Assembly: GCA_051294375.1 (NCBI GenBank)
Contig: CM119270.1
Coordinates: forward strand, 6,813,279 to 6,877,278
Source: Paraspadella gotoi
Taxonomy: Eukaryota > Animalia > Chaetognatha
Direction of reading: 5' to 3'
Length of the DNA stretch: 64,000 nucleotides
Made by a program: the position numbers and the translations under genes. This document shows, piece after piece, positions 27,190-39,471 of this stretch. The notes beneath the pieces were generated by a model. It was not told the DNA's origin and did no database searches. It saw nothing but the letters and a program-made list of their open reading frames with translations. Position 1 is the first letter of the stretch. Each line of letters opens with the position of its first letter.

Positions 27190-27720
27190 GAAAGAGAAAA
27201 GGAAAGGTTATAAAGAGAAGAGCGAGAGAAAGAGAGAAAAAAATAAAAAGAAGCGAAGAAAATCGAGTAAAGACGAATCGAGTTAAGTCGAGAGACGCGA
27301 ACGGAAATTTTCATAAAGAAAATGGAGGAAGGGAGAAAAAGGAGGAAGAATAGAGAAAAAGAAGAAGAAGAAGAAGAAAAGAGAAAAAGGAGGAAGAAAA
27401 AAGAAAAATAAAAAAAACAAAGAGAAGAAGAAAAGAGAAAAAGAAAAAAGAAAAGGAAGAAGAAAAGAGAAAAATGAGAAAAATAAAAATAAAAAAAGAA
27501 AAGGAAGAAGAAAAGAGAAAAAGGAGGAAGAAAAGAGAAAAAGGAGAAATAGAAAAAGAAAAAAGAAAAGGAAGAAGAAAAGAAAAAAAGGAGAAAGAGA
27601 AAAAGAAAAAAGAAAAAGAAAAAAGAAAAATGAGAAAGAGAAAAGTAAAAATAAGAAAGGAGAAAAAAATTTTTAAAAAAGGATAAAAACAAGAAATTAA
27701 AAAAAAGGAAGAGATGAAGA
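27190..27720 (+). repeat. A-rich polypurine low-complexity tract
   Basis: Repeated AAGAAAAGAGAAAAAGGAGG variants. Confidence 0.85.
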
Positions 27721-28031
27721 ACAAACAAATTTTAAAATATGGAGAGCATCGGAGAACAAGAAGAGGAAAGAAGGAAAGCAAATTGGTTGGAAGAAGAAGG
27801 AAAGAGATGAGAGGACAGAATGGTTAGTAACTTAGTATTTTGAGGTGGGAACAATTTCAGGAGAGGTGTTGATTTAGGTGGAGTTGATGATTTTTTGGAA
27901 AAGATGGTACTCTTTGTTGAAGATGTGATACTGTTTTTATTCTATTTTACATTTATACATATTTATATTACAATGAAGCTTGAATATTGTGATTAAAATA
28001 AATGAGGTAATGGTATTGGTGGTTATTTGCC

Positions 28032-28079
<48 letters not shown>
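28032..28079 (+). repeat. (TGTCGT)n hexanucleotide microsatellite
   Basis: About 8 perfect units. Confidence 0.95.
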
Positions 28080-28294
28080 CGCCTCCGTCCTTCCTCTTCG
28101 GTCAGAAATGAAAAGTTTGGTTGGACGAGAAGCGTGAGAGCTGGAAACGACGACAACGACGACGATGACGACGAATCGATAAATTGGATCTCGTCCTCAA
28201 ATTGGATCCAAAACTCGAAAAGCGGCGGAAAAGCGTGAGAGATGGAGGACAGAGCCTCTCTCTCTCTCTCATTTCTCTCTTCGTCTCTTTCTCT

Positions 28295-28340
<46 letters not shown>

Positions 28341-28341
28341 G

Positions 28342-28387
<46 letters not shown>

Positions 28388-28531
28388 ATGTAAATGATGA
28401 CAATTCCAACGGATCGCCAGGGTTCGTGTCGCGGGCGACGGTTAATTGGAATAATTTTCTTTTCTGGATTTATGATGGGAATCGACTTTCCCGATTGTGC
28501 GCTCGTTCATTGGCCCACATTCTCCCCCCCC

Positions 28532-30938
28532 TACTATGAAGCCATAGTAAGGTGGACAGGCATGGAGAAAATTTCATACAGCCTCGCTACCCAACCTTAA
28601 CCACCTCCTTACACTATGAAGCCATTAGTAATGTGGACAGCAGATAAATTTCATACAGCCTCAGCTATCCACCTGGTAACCACTACATATGAAGCCATTA
28701 TGTAAGTGTGGACAGCAGAAAAATTTCATTTACAGCCTCGCGTATCCACCTGTATACCAGCTACACTATTGAAGCAATAGTAAGGTGGACAGCAGAAAAT
28801 TTCATTACAGTCCTCGCTACCACCTGTAACCACGTTACACTTATGGAAGCCCATAGTAAGGTGGGACATGCAGAAAATTTCATACAAGCCCCCCTCGCCC
28901 TACCCACCTGTAACCACTTACACTATGAAGCCATAGTAAGGTGGACAGCCAGAAAATTTTTCATACAGCCTCGCTACTCCACCTGTAACCACTTACACTT
29001 ATTTGAAGCCTAGTAAGGTGGACAGCTCAGAAAATTTATACAGCCTCGCTACCCACCTGTAACCACTACACTATGAAAGCCATAGTAGTTGGACAGCCAG
29101 AAAATTTCATACAGCCTCGTACCCACTTGTAACTTACATCTATGAAGCCTAGTAAAAGGTGGACAGAGAAAATTTCATACAGCCTCGCTACCCACCTGTA
29201 ACCACTACCACTATTGAAAGCCATAGTAAGGTGGGACAGCAGAAAATTTTCATACAGTCCTCGCTAACCCACCTGTAAACCATCTACACATATGAAGCCA
29301 TAGTTAAGGTGCGACAGCAGATAAATTTTCATACAGCTCGTACCCACCTGGTAAACCACTACACTATGAAGCCATAGAAGGTGGACAGCAGATAATTTCA
29401 TTTACAGCTAGCTTACCCACCGTAAACCACTACACTATTGAAGCCATTAGTAAGGGTGGACAGCAGAAAAATTTCATACAGCCTCGCCTACCACCTGTAA
29501 CCACTACACTTATGAAGCCATAGTTAGTATAGTGCTCGACAGCAGATAAAATTTCATACAGTGACCTCTCGCTACCCACCTGTAACCACTACACTATGAA
29601 GCCATAGTCTAAGGTGGACAGCTTATGATAAATTTTCATTACAGCCTCGCTACCACCTGTAACCACTACACTAGAAGACCATAGTTAAGGTGGACAGCAG
29701 GAAAATTTCATACAGCCTCGCTACCCACCTGTAACCACTACACTTTATGAAGCCTAATAGTAAGGTGGACAGCAGGAAAATTTCATACAGCCTCGCTACC
29801 ACCTGTAACACTACACTATGAAGCCATAGTAAGGTGGACGCAAGAAAATTTCATACAGCCTCGCCAACCCACCTGTAACCACTGTACCCACTATGAAGCC
29901 ATTATGTAAGGTTGAGACAGCAGAAAATTTTCATACAGCGGGGCCTCGCTACCCAGCGCTTAACGCACTACACTATGAAACATTAGTAAGGGTGGTACAG
30001 CATGAAAAAATTTCATACAGCCTGCGCTAGCCCACCTGTAACCACTACACTTATGAAGCCATAGTAATCGGTGGACAGCAGGAAAGATTTCATACAGGCC
30101 TCGCTAGCCCACCTGTAACACTACCACTATGAAGCCATTAGTAAGTTGTGGACAGCAGAAAATTTTCATACAGCCTCGCTACTCCACCTTAACCACTACA
30201 CTATGAAGTCCATAGTAAGCGTTGGATAGCAGAAAATTTCAATACAGCCTCGCGGATACCACCTGTAAGCCACTACACTATGAAGCCATTTAGAGTGTGT
30301 CATCAGCAGCAAATTTCATACAGCCTCGCTACCCACCTGTAACCACTACACTATGAAGCCCATAGTAAGGTGGAAGCCAGAAATTTCATACAGCCTCGCT
30401 ACCCACCTGTAACCATCATACTATCTAGCTTTCAGTGAGTGTACAACGTTGGACAGCATGAAAATTTCATTATCAGCCTCGCTACCACCTCGTTAACCCA
30501 CTACACTATGAAGCCATTAGTAAGGTGGACAGCATGAAAATTTCTTTTTCACAGCCTCGCCTCCCACCTGTAACCACTACACTATGAAATGCCATAGTAA
30601 GGTGGACAAGCAGAAAAATTTCATACAGCCTCGCTACCCACCTGTAACCACTAACTATGAAGCCCATAGTAAGGTCGGACAGGCAGAAATTCATACACCT
30701 CGCTAGTCGCCTTACTCGTGTATTACCCGCACTACACCGATGAACGACCAGTTTTGGACCAAGCAGGGATATAATTCACATTATCCAGCCTCCGTGTCAC
30801 CCACCTGTATATACCACTCTCACACTATGAAGCCTATAGTTAGAGAGTGAGATAGCAGGGAAAATTTCATACAGGCCTCGCTACCCACCTGTACCACTAA
30901 CTGATTGAAGCCATAGTTAAGGTGGACAGCAGAATTTC
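28532..30938. repeat. Tandem satellite array, ~70-71 bp unit, ~32 head-to-tail copies
   Basis: Consensus CTATGAAGCCATAGTAAGGTGGACAGCAGAAAATTTCATACAGCCTCGCTACCCACCTGTAACCACTACA. Copies differ mostly by indels typical of raw long reads. There are no unique spacers. Confidence 0.97.
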
Positions 30939-31799
30939 TCAGATATATTTCTTTATCTACAAATTACCCACACCTCCAATAATTTGTTTGATTTTATCTA
31001 TTAGCAAAAAGCTTTATCCTTGGGAAACTTGTTTTTGATTTGAAAAAGTAATTGCAGTATACCACTTCATTTTGCTATGAAGTATCTTCAATTTCCTCAA
31101 TTATGGTATTTAATGTTAGAATGCATATCTAATTTAATTATTTCATCTCTATATATGCTAAAAATTTTTTTGTATTTTTCATTTCTTAAAATATAATAAC
31201 TTACAATATGGCAAATTAGAAGTTATAAATACTTCAAAGGTTTTTAAATAATGCCAAAATACATGTCAGAGAAAAATTATTTACAAACGTTAAAATTATT
31301 AAGAAAGGATAATTACAAAAATAAATTAACATGAGACTGAGAATAGGCAGGGATTTTTAATATTAACGGTTTAACTTAAAAAAGTATAATGTAATTTTTC
31401 TCTCGATCGTGTTGTTTGTAAGTTTTATGTTTACAACGTTTTTTATTATTTTAAAAACAACGGTTAAATTTAAACAAAAATAACGGATATGTTTCGTCTC
31501 TGTTATGAGAGCCTCATTCAGCTTGCGAAAAAAATTTAATTGTTTTTTTTCTATTTAAATGGTTTTTTTTTTCAAACCCAGGGGGAATTTGGAAGAAGGA
31601 GAGACAGAGATGAGAGGAAGAGAGAGAGGGACAGAGATTTAAAAGTTCATTCAAGCAAAGAATTTATTTTCACTAAAATCTTTTTACTTATCTATCCCTC
31701 TGAATTAAAAACTTCTTTATATTTCAAATTTCATTCATTTCAATTTTTCAAATTTCAAAATGAATTTATTGCAATTGAAGAGACAGTTTAATTATTGAT

Positions 31800-31987
31800 A
31801 AGTGTTTAATGACATAACCCGATTCAATATAAGCAGTCCCTGAGCTTCGGATCAGGCTGTAACACCATGTTACAGGCGGATTAAGCGCCCCTCCCTCTTA
31901 TACTGCCTAGACGACCACCGGGCTAGAACCCCGGACCTTTTGGGATTGGGAGGCGAATGACTTGTCCTTAGGCGACCAATGGCCGTC
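31800..31987 (-). mobile_element. tRNA-derived SINE-like element (tRNA-like head at 31987-31910 plus a short body)
   Basis: On the minus strand GACGGCCA...TGGTCGTC forms an acceptor-like stem. CCGGG-GTTCTAG-CCCGG is a T-arm with a B box, and TTCGCCTCCCAA resembles a Gly(CCC) anticodon loop, but the anticodon stem does not pair. The body has a CTGTAACA-cca-TGTTACAG hairpin (31857-31875). The 3' boundary is approximate. Confidence 0.65.
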
Positions 31988-32599
31988 TGATGAACGGTTG
32001 GAGTTTTTTAGTCCACTATTACAATTTTGTTATTAGACTATACAATATTGAAGTTTGTTTAATTTTATCATTGTTGTACAGTTTTGCTCAAAGTGTAATT
32101 GTTTATTTCTCTCTCTCTCTCTCTCTCTCTACTCTCTCTCTCTCTCTCTTCTCTCTCTCACCTTCCACCAAATTTCATTTTCTTTCACCACTTATTCTAT
32201 TCTAGCCTCAACATAAATCTGTCTCTAAACTGACCACTAGATCTCTCTCAATTCTTTGTTTTGGAAACTTTAACCTTTTTCTATCTCTCTCTCTCTCTCG
32301 TTCTCTCTCTCTCTCTTCTCTCTCTCTGTAACGGAGCTCTTGCGTTGATCGTTTTTAAAAAAAAATTTTGATATTTTTTTCCCTTTATAAATAACTTTTT
32401 TATTATCGCCATTTATTCCTCGATTTTTTCTCAATGCAAAATCCCATATTTACATCCGAGGGATTTTCTGTGGATATTATTCACTTTCTTTCTCTCTCTT
32501 TCAATCTTCTCTCATATCTATCATTTCTCTCTTTCTCTCTCTCTTTTCACTCATACATACACGCATTTGCTTGCTCTTTTATTTATTGATTGATTGATT

Positions 32600-32994
32600 C
32601 CATTAAGTCAATGTAATGACTATTCATCCTTATCAATTAAATGATTGTCATCAACATTCATAATGAATGACTATCATTGCATCAACTTTTGGGTTATTAT
32701 CACTATCAATCATTTGGTTAATCATTAAAATTCTGATCATTTGGTTTATCATCGCATCAATTATTGGTATCCATCGCATCCAATATTCGTTTATCATCGC
32801 ATCAATCTTTGGTTATCATCGCACCAAATATTTGGTTATCATTGAAGGGGGAGTGGCTCGATCCTATTCTTTTTAAGATTTTTTTTTCTCTCTTCTCTCT
32901 CTCTCTCTCTTTCTCTCTCTTTTCTCTCTTTCTTTCTTCTATGATTATTCCAAAATGAGTTTACTCTGCAGAAGGCCTCTTAAATGTTACGAAA

Positions 32995-33048
<54 letters not shown>

Positions 33049-34331
33049 TTTCTCTTCTCCCTCTCTTTTCTCTCTCTTTCTCTCTCTCCTCTCTGCTCTC
33101 TCTCTTCTCTCTTCTCTCTTTCTTCTTCTGATTTAGTCAAAAACGAGCATCTGGCTGATAGTTACGCATCTCTTATTTCTCTCTCTTCTCTATCTCTCTC
33201 TCTCTTTCTTTTTCTCTCTCTCCTTTTCTCTCTCTCTCTCTTTCGTCGCCCTTCCGGCAACTTCTTAGTTATAATATATTAGAAAATAAAATTTCGATTT
33301 ACATAAACTATTATCGTACTTGCAAAGTCAGATTTTCTTTCTTAAAACGAAAACCGCAAAAAAACCGCCAAACAGCGAGAGAAGTTATGTCTCAGACACC
33401 ACCCCAGAGTATTGAAATGCCTTTTAGAAGTTATTTCGATTGATCCCTAAATATCCCGACAACTTAAAGTCTGAACTTAAAGGGAAATCTGGAGGGCTCA
33501 TTTCATTCTAATCACTTTGCCAACTTTGCCCTAGTTTGCACTTCATATCTACAAATTAATAAAAATAATATGTCAACAGAAACTCTTAGCGAAAAGAGCT
33601 GTTGATTGATTATAAAATATATAGTTTTATAATTGTATTTCTGACGTGATATATGTGTTGGTAACACAAACCAGCAATCAATCATTTGCATCGCAAGACT
33701 GCTGAAAATATATATTCCCGTACTAAGACAAAAAAAACGATAACGTCTTAATATGAAATGGCAATAAGAGTTTAAAGACAATAGATACTTTGCCAAAAAT
33801 CAATAGAAATTGCTAAAAGTGATGACATGACTTTTCCACGGTTGTGATATACACTTGTGCCCCCCCTTCCCGTCAACCTCCATTACCCACTCCCACGAGC
33901 CACACTCCACACTGGGCCCCACAAACTCAAAAACGAAAAACAGCTCGAGCCTCATTTTATTCCGTCAATCATTCTTTCCGAATTATTTACGTCCTCGTTT
34001 TCGAAATTTCGCTATAGCNNNNNNNNNNNNNNNNNNNNNNNNNTCTTGAGTCTGAATCTTCACGCATCATGGGAATGACTTATCTTTCAACAAATTGGTT
34101 ATCATCACATCAATGAAGACTATCATGCATCAACTTCTTGGTATTATCACACAATCATTTGGTTCATCATTAATAATTCGTCATATGGTATCATCCGCAT
34201 TCATTATTGGTTCCATCGCATCAAATCTTGTATCATCGCATCAATCTTTGGTTATCATCGCACCAAATATTTGGTTATCATTTAAAGGGTATGCTCATCC
34301 TATTCTTTTAAGATTTTTTTTTCCTCTTTTC

Positions 34332-34362
<31 letters not shown>

Positions 34363-34429
34363 TTCTTTCTTCTATGATTATTCCAAATGAGTTTTACTCT
34401 GCAGAGGCTTTAAGTACGAGAATCTCTCT

Positions 34430-34461
<32 letters not shown>

Positions 34462-35050
34462 TTTTTTTTTTTTCTCCTCTCTTCTCTCCTTCTCTTTCTC
34501 TTGCTCTCCTCTCTCTCTCTCTCTTTTTCTAAACTGGATTTAGTCAAAACGTAGCATCTTGTCTCGTTCTCCTTCCTCCTTCGTGTCCCCATTAGATAAA
34601 TAAACTGCAGATGGCACAACCGTAGGTCTCAACCCACCCAGCCAATCCGAAATTTCATGTCCCTAATATCCGAACTTAAGGACTTATAGGAAATGTGGGA
34701 GCTCATGATTTCTAATTCACTTGCACTTATGCGATTGCGCTAGTAAAATATCACAAACTGAAACGTTTTGAAGAATAGGAGTGTTATAAGAGCCGATATA
34801 GTGTTGGAACAATCAGCAGCAAAAAATTCCATTGCGCGCAAACGCAGTGGAGACGACTAAGACACAGCACGTATAAATGGCAAAGAAGGTAAACAGGAGT
34901 TGCGAAAAATCAAAAAAATTGGCTTAAAGAGTCAGGTACGTTATTCAGGTGGTGGAACACTGGCCCCCCTCCCGCAAACGCCACTTACCCATCACGCCCA
35001 CCACACGGCCCCACACACCACAACCCTTCGAGCCGCGTAGGACGTCGTTC
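32600..35050 (+). repeat. Direct duplication (~32600-34018 vs 34044-~35050) across a 25-N gap
   Basis: Shared TCAATCTTTGGTTATCATCGCACCAAATATTTGGTTATCATT (32802/34241), TCTATGATTATTCCAAA(A)TGAG (32938/34371) and TTTAGTCAAAA(A)CG (33132/34539). Both copies are error-rich. Confidence 0.85.
32665..32845 (+). repeat. Minisatellite, ~21-22 bp unit (TTTGGTTATCATCGCATCAATC), ~7-8 copies; second copy at ~34090-34282
   Basis: Directly visible tandem units. Confidence 0.8.
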
Positions 35051-35860
35051 CGAATACTCCCGGTTGGTGTCCGAGGTCCCCCCCGGAGAGCCGGTTATCG
35101 TGAAGGTATAAAAAAAATGAGAAGAGAGAGGTAGAAGAAGAGATGAGAGAGAGGAGAGAGGAGAGAGAGAGAGAGAGCGGAGAGAGAGAGAAGGACAGAG
35201 ACAGACATATTTTTTTTAGCTTAAACCAACTGATTATAAACTAAGAAATTTAACACACCAAATAAATTTGTTTCCCATTTAGAATTAACGCCAGTTTAAC
35301 TACTTAATATTTCAGTTATTGTTACAAATGTAGGATTATCATATAAACTCGATGTCGTCGTCAAACAGAATCTGAAACGGGAGGCGAAGGCGGAGGAAAA
35401 TCGATCGGGAGAAAAGTTGACACGTTTCGAGTTTCGTGGATGGCGGAATGAGGGGGGGGGGGAATCCGGAGAGTGGGGAGCGAGTGAAAGCCGGTAGATG
35501 GCGTGAGAAGTTATTAAAATGGGAGGGAAGATGGAGATGCTTCTTTAAAATTCATAGGAGTGAGAGGTATGCAGATATGGTTGTGTGAAAGAAAATAGAG
35601 AAATGGAGAGAGGCTGAGACTGAGAGGGGAGAGGGGTAATGTGATAATAGAATAATAAACTGTGAAATGTTATGTGATTGGAAGAGGAAGATAAGATTTG
35701 AGACGGTGATAAAAGAAAAAGGATTTGGTGGGAAAAGAATCTAAGGGAGCGAAAAGCAAACTTCCACTTTTGTTTCCCAACTGAGAATAAAAATCGAAGG
35801 AAAAAAACAAAACAAAACGAAAAGCAATAAAAACGTTTTCGTTGAGGCGTCGATTGGGTC

Positions 35861-35905
35861 GGATCTGCCGGTTCTGCCGGTTCTGCCGGATCTGCCGGAT
35901 CTGCC
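35861..35905 (+). repeat. 9-bp tandem repeat (GGWTCTGCC) x5
   Basis: GGATCTGCC-GGTTCTGCC-GGTTCTGCC-GGATCTGCC-GGATCTGCC. Confidence 0.92.
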
Positions 35906-37419
35906 GGGTTTGCTCGGTCGAGTCTGAACATATTTAATTGAAGTATGTATTTAATCGAGGCATAGTATAGGCATAGTAAAAAGAACCTTTAAACCGTCTC
36001 AAGATCAGAAAACTTGAAGAAAAGAGAAGTAAAGGAAAGTGGTTCGACAACAACAACAAATATTGAGGCTAAAACTTTCGGCTGTTCTTTTTAACATTCT
36101 CCCTTTGGCCTTTGGTAACCCTTAAACAATTACCAGTCGCCAAGTATTTCTGCCGTTTTATCAAATTCTGAACCTTCTTTCACTGGTCTGGACCAGGATC
36201 CCTGGTTGTAATTTGCTGCTCTGTGCTCTTTCTACCTTTTTCAGGTCATCTTCTCTTCTCTCCGTGACTTCCCCGCTGTCTTTTGTCCCTGACATTTCCT
36301 TTCCTCTTTTCCCCTTCTCCATCGGATTCATTTTTAATCACGTCCAGACCTTCGCCGTCTCATCTACCTTGACTCTTCCACCTCCCAAGGTCGTCCGATC
36401 TCTTTGTCGCCAGTCGTACGCTTACTACCTTCTCCCTCCAGCCCTCCACTCCCCCACCCCCCCGCTGCCTCACCTCGCCTCCTCGGCGCCAATTTCGAAT
36501 CTCGGGTTTCGACGGTTGAGTGGATCCGCTGCGTCTCACCTGGAATATCGATTCGGACTAGGTGAGGCGGAGGAAGGAGGAAGGAGGAAGGAGGAAGGAA
36601 GGAAGGAAGGAAGGAAGGAGGAGAAGGAGAAATAAGCTAATAACTAAAGAGAGGAGGAGAAGAAAGAGAAAAAGAGGAAGAGGAGACGAAATCCTTTAAA
36701 ATAAACAAAGGAAATGTATTTTGTTTTATTTTTTATCTGTTTCGACTCTTCATACCGAAACAATTATAGCTAATTAGTACTAATCTCTCTCATTATTCTT
36801 GACTGAGCGATACCCTAGAATATGGCAAAAACTGTAAAGTTAATAAAAATCATACAATGGCTGTGGGTAGACAATGATTAAGTTTATTCATCAGCCAATC
36901 ACACGTTTCTATTTATTATGTAAAAGTTTACAGTATATTATCAAAAGGAAAATTTTTTTTCGAAGATGAAGATTCACATCCAAGTCCGCTTACGTTAAGA
37001 AACATTATCGTTGTTAAAAATAAACGCTAAATCGTCTTTAGTCATTTAGTATCTAAACAAAACGAAAAGAAAAAAAAAACCATGAACATTGAACAGTAAA
37101 TACCAAAGAAATAATTAAAAAAATTTTTTTGTCTAAATGGTTGATAAAACAACTTCAAACCGGTGTTACGAATCTGATAATAAAATAAATTTCGAAACCG
37201 CATTGAAAATTCCGATTAATCGCACGAAGAAGATTAGAATGATTTCCATCGCTACTCCGACGAAAGACAATTTGCGATGTAAAATAACAAGAGGATAAAT
37301 AGACTTCAAGGAATTCTGCAACACAATGCAATTCGAGGGGAAATCAGTGATTAAAACTGCGTCGAGTGTAAATATAATTCAAAGTAAATTTGGCAATGCA
37401 AAATTACCTGAACGGCGGA

Positions 37420-37555
<136 letters not shown>

Positions 37556-38368
37556 TTTGGGACCGGTTTGTTTTTGTTTCACCATCTACGGGGAGAAAAA
37601 AGCGGACGGACAACAAAGGGATAACGACGACGTGACAACATACAACGACCGACGTATGAACGGTGTTACGGATTACAATAAAGATGGACGAACGACGACG
37701 ACGACGACGACGACGACGACAGCGGCGAGGACGTGAATGACGATGATAATGAAAGTCGTCACATCAATGACAGAGACAAATATTTTTAGTTATCTAAATG
37801 ATAGTTTTGACTTCAATGACATTAAAAAATAAACAATGACGTTCTCAAAATGATTTCAACAAATATAGTAACGACAGAGTTAACAACCGTGCGCCGCAAC
37901 TGTACCATCAACGATAAAAATAAAAACTGAAGAGCAACAAATTCCAACGTGAGTTTATGTCAAACAAAACAAGAAAAACAACATCTCAGTCAGACCTTGA
38001 AACAATAACAACAACAACCATAACGAAACCTTTGTTCGGGCAAAGAATTACGTAAACGATAAAACATATAACGGTAAATCAACAAACATCAACGTAAAAC
38101 AGGAAAGAACAGGAAAATAGGCTTAACAATAACAACAACGACAACGAAGAACACAGAGGACCGACATCAACCTTGGGCTGACGAGGATTTGAACATTAAG
38201 ACCCTCATGAATATTGCACGCTCCAGGTTGCCGCGACGAAGGAAACCCTTAAGTCCCTTTCTCATTCTCCCCGCAAAGGATCTCTCTCTCTCTCTCTATC
38301 TCGCTCTCTTTCTCTTTCTTTCTTTCTTTATTTATTTCGTTCTTTCCTTTTTTTCTTTTCTTTTCTTT

Positions 38369-38369
<1 letters not shown>

Positions 38370-38460
<91 letters not shown>
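38370..38460 (+). repeat. (TTTC)n microsatellite
   Basis: Tetranucleotide run. Confidence 0.95.
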
Positions 38461-38610
38461 TTTTCCTCTATCTCTCTCTCTCTGTCTCCCTCAGGTTTTT
38501 AATAACGACTTTATTGTTTTTGTGTGAAGAAAAGAAATAAAGAAATAAAGACCGCCTGGTAAGTCGAGCGCGACCCAATCAGAGCGTAGAAAAAAAAGAC
38601 GAGAAAAGAA

Positions 38611-38719
38611 ATAAAACAATAAAAAGAAAGAATAAAACAAAAGAAACAATAAAAAGAAAGAATAAAACAAAAGAAACAATAAAAAGAAAGAATAAAACAA
38701 AAGAAACAATAAAAAGAAA
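38611..38719 (+). repeat. 30-bp A-rich minisatellite, ~3.5 copies
   Basis: AAGAAACAATAAAAAGAAAGAATAAAACAA repeated exactly. Confidence 0.92.
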
Positions 38720-38789
38720 AGGAAATAAAAGAATGAGAGCAAACACGATGCCGCCCAAGGCAATGAAGTTTTAGCTCTGCTGCGGGGGA

Positions 38790-38912
<123 letters not shown>

Positions 38913-39435
38913 AGGTAGCGATGCGAATTTGACGGAATCTTAAATTCTCTAGCGAATTGTTCCAACCCTCATCAGTAGAAAAATAAATGGAATCAATGGA
39001 GAGAGAAGAGTGAATTCTATGGTGCTAATGTTCCATCGCCACGAGCCGTGCGGAGTTAAGCGGGGATTTTGTTATATTCTAACTATTCTAATTATACATC
39101 ACATACTACAGAGTAAGTACTGAATATTACTGAACGATTTCTAGAATTGAGTTGAGAAGTGAAAACAGCAGAGGTCGAAGTTGAAAACTCAGCCTCACAA
39201 GCGATAAAAAGGATAGAGAGAGAGAGAGAGANNNNNNNNNNNNNNNNNNNNNNNNNNNNNNNNNNNNNNNNNNNNNNNNNNNNNNNNNNNNNNNNNNNNN
39301 NNNNNNNNNNNNNNNNNNNNNNNNNNNNNNNNNNNNNNNNNNNNNNNNNNNNNNNNNNNNNNNNNNNNNNNNNNNNNNNNNNNNNNNNNNNNNNNNNNNN
39401 NNNNNNNNNNNNNNNNNNNNNNNNNNNNNNNNNNN

Positions 39436-39471
<36 letters not shown>

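Noticed and set aside
28532-30938. CRISPR array
   Set aside because: The whole 70-bp unit repeats and there are no unique spacers. There are no cas genes and the context is eukaryotic.
28532-30938. Hammerhead-ribozyme satellite or coding tandem repeat
   Set aside because: The minus strand has CUGUAUGAAA rather than CUGANGA-stem II-GAAA, so the core cannot be built. The unit length is not a multiple of 3, and frames hit stops within one or two units.
31910-31987. Functional tRNA-Gly gene
   Set aside because: The anticodon stem and D-arm do not pair, and no oligo-T terminator follows. It is treated as a SINE head or pseudogene.
32806-32817. miR-9-like TCTTTGGTTATC (also at ~34245)
   Set aside because: Only the first 12 nt match, it is one variant of a minisatellite unit, and there is no complementary star arm.
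35545-35931. ORF with PAD/PAE repeats
   Set aside because: It is explained by a five-copy 9-bp repeat. The remainder is low-complexity and there is no convincing exon structure.
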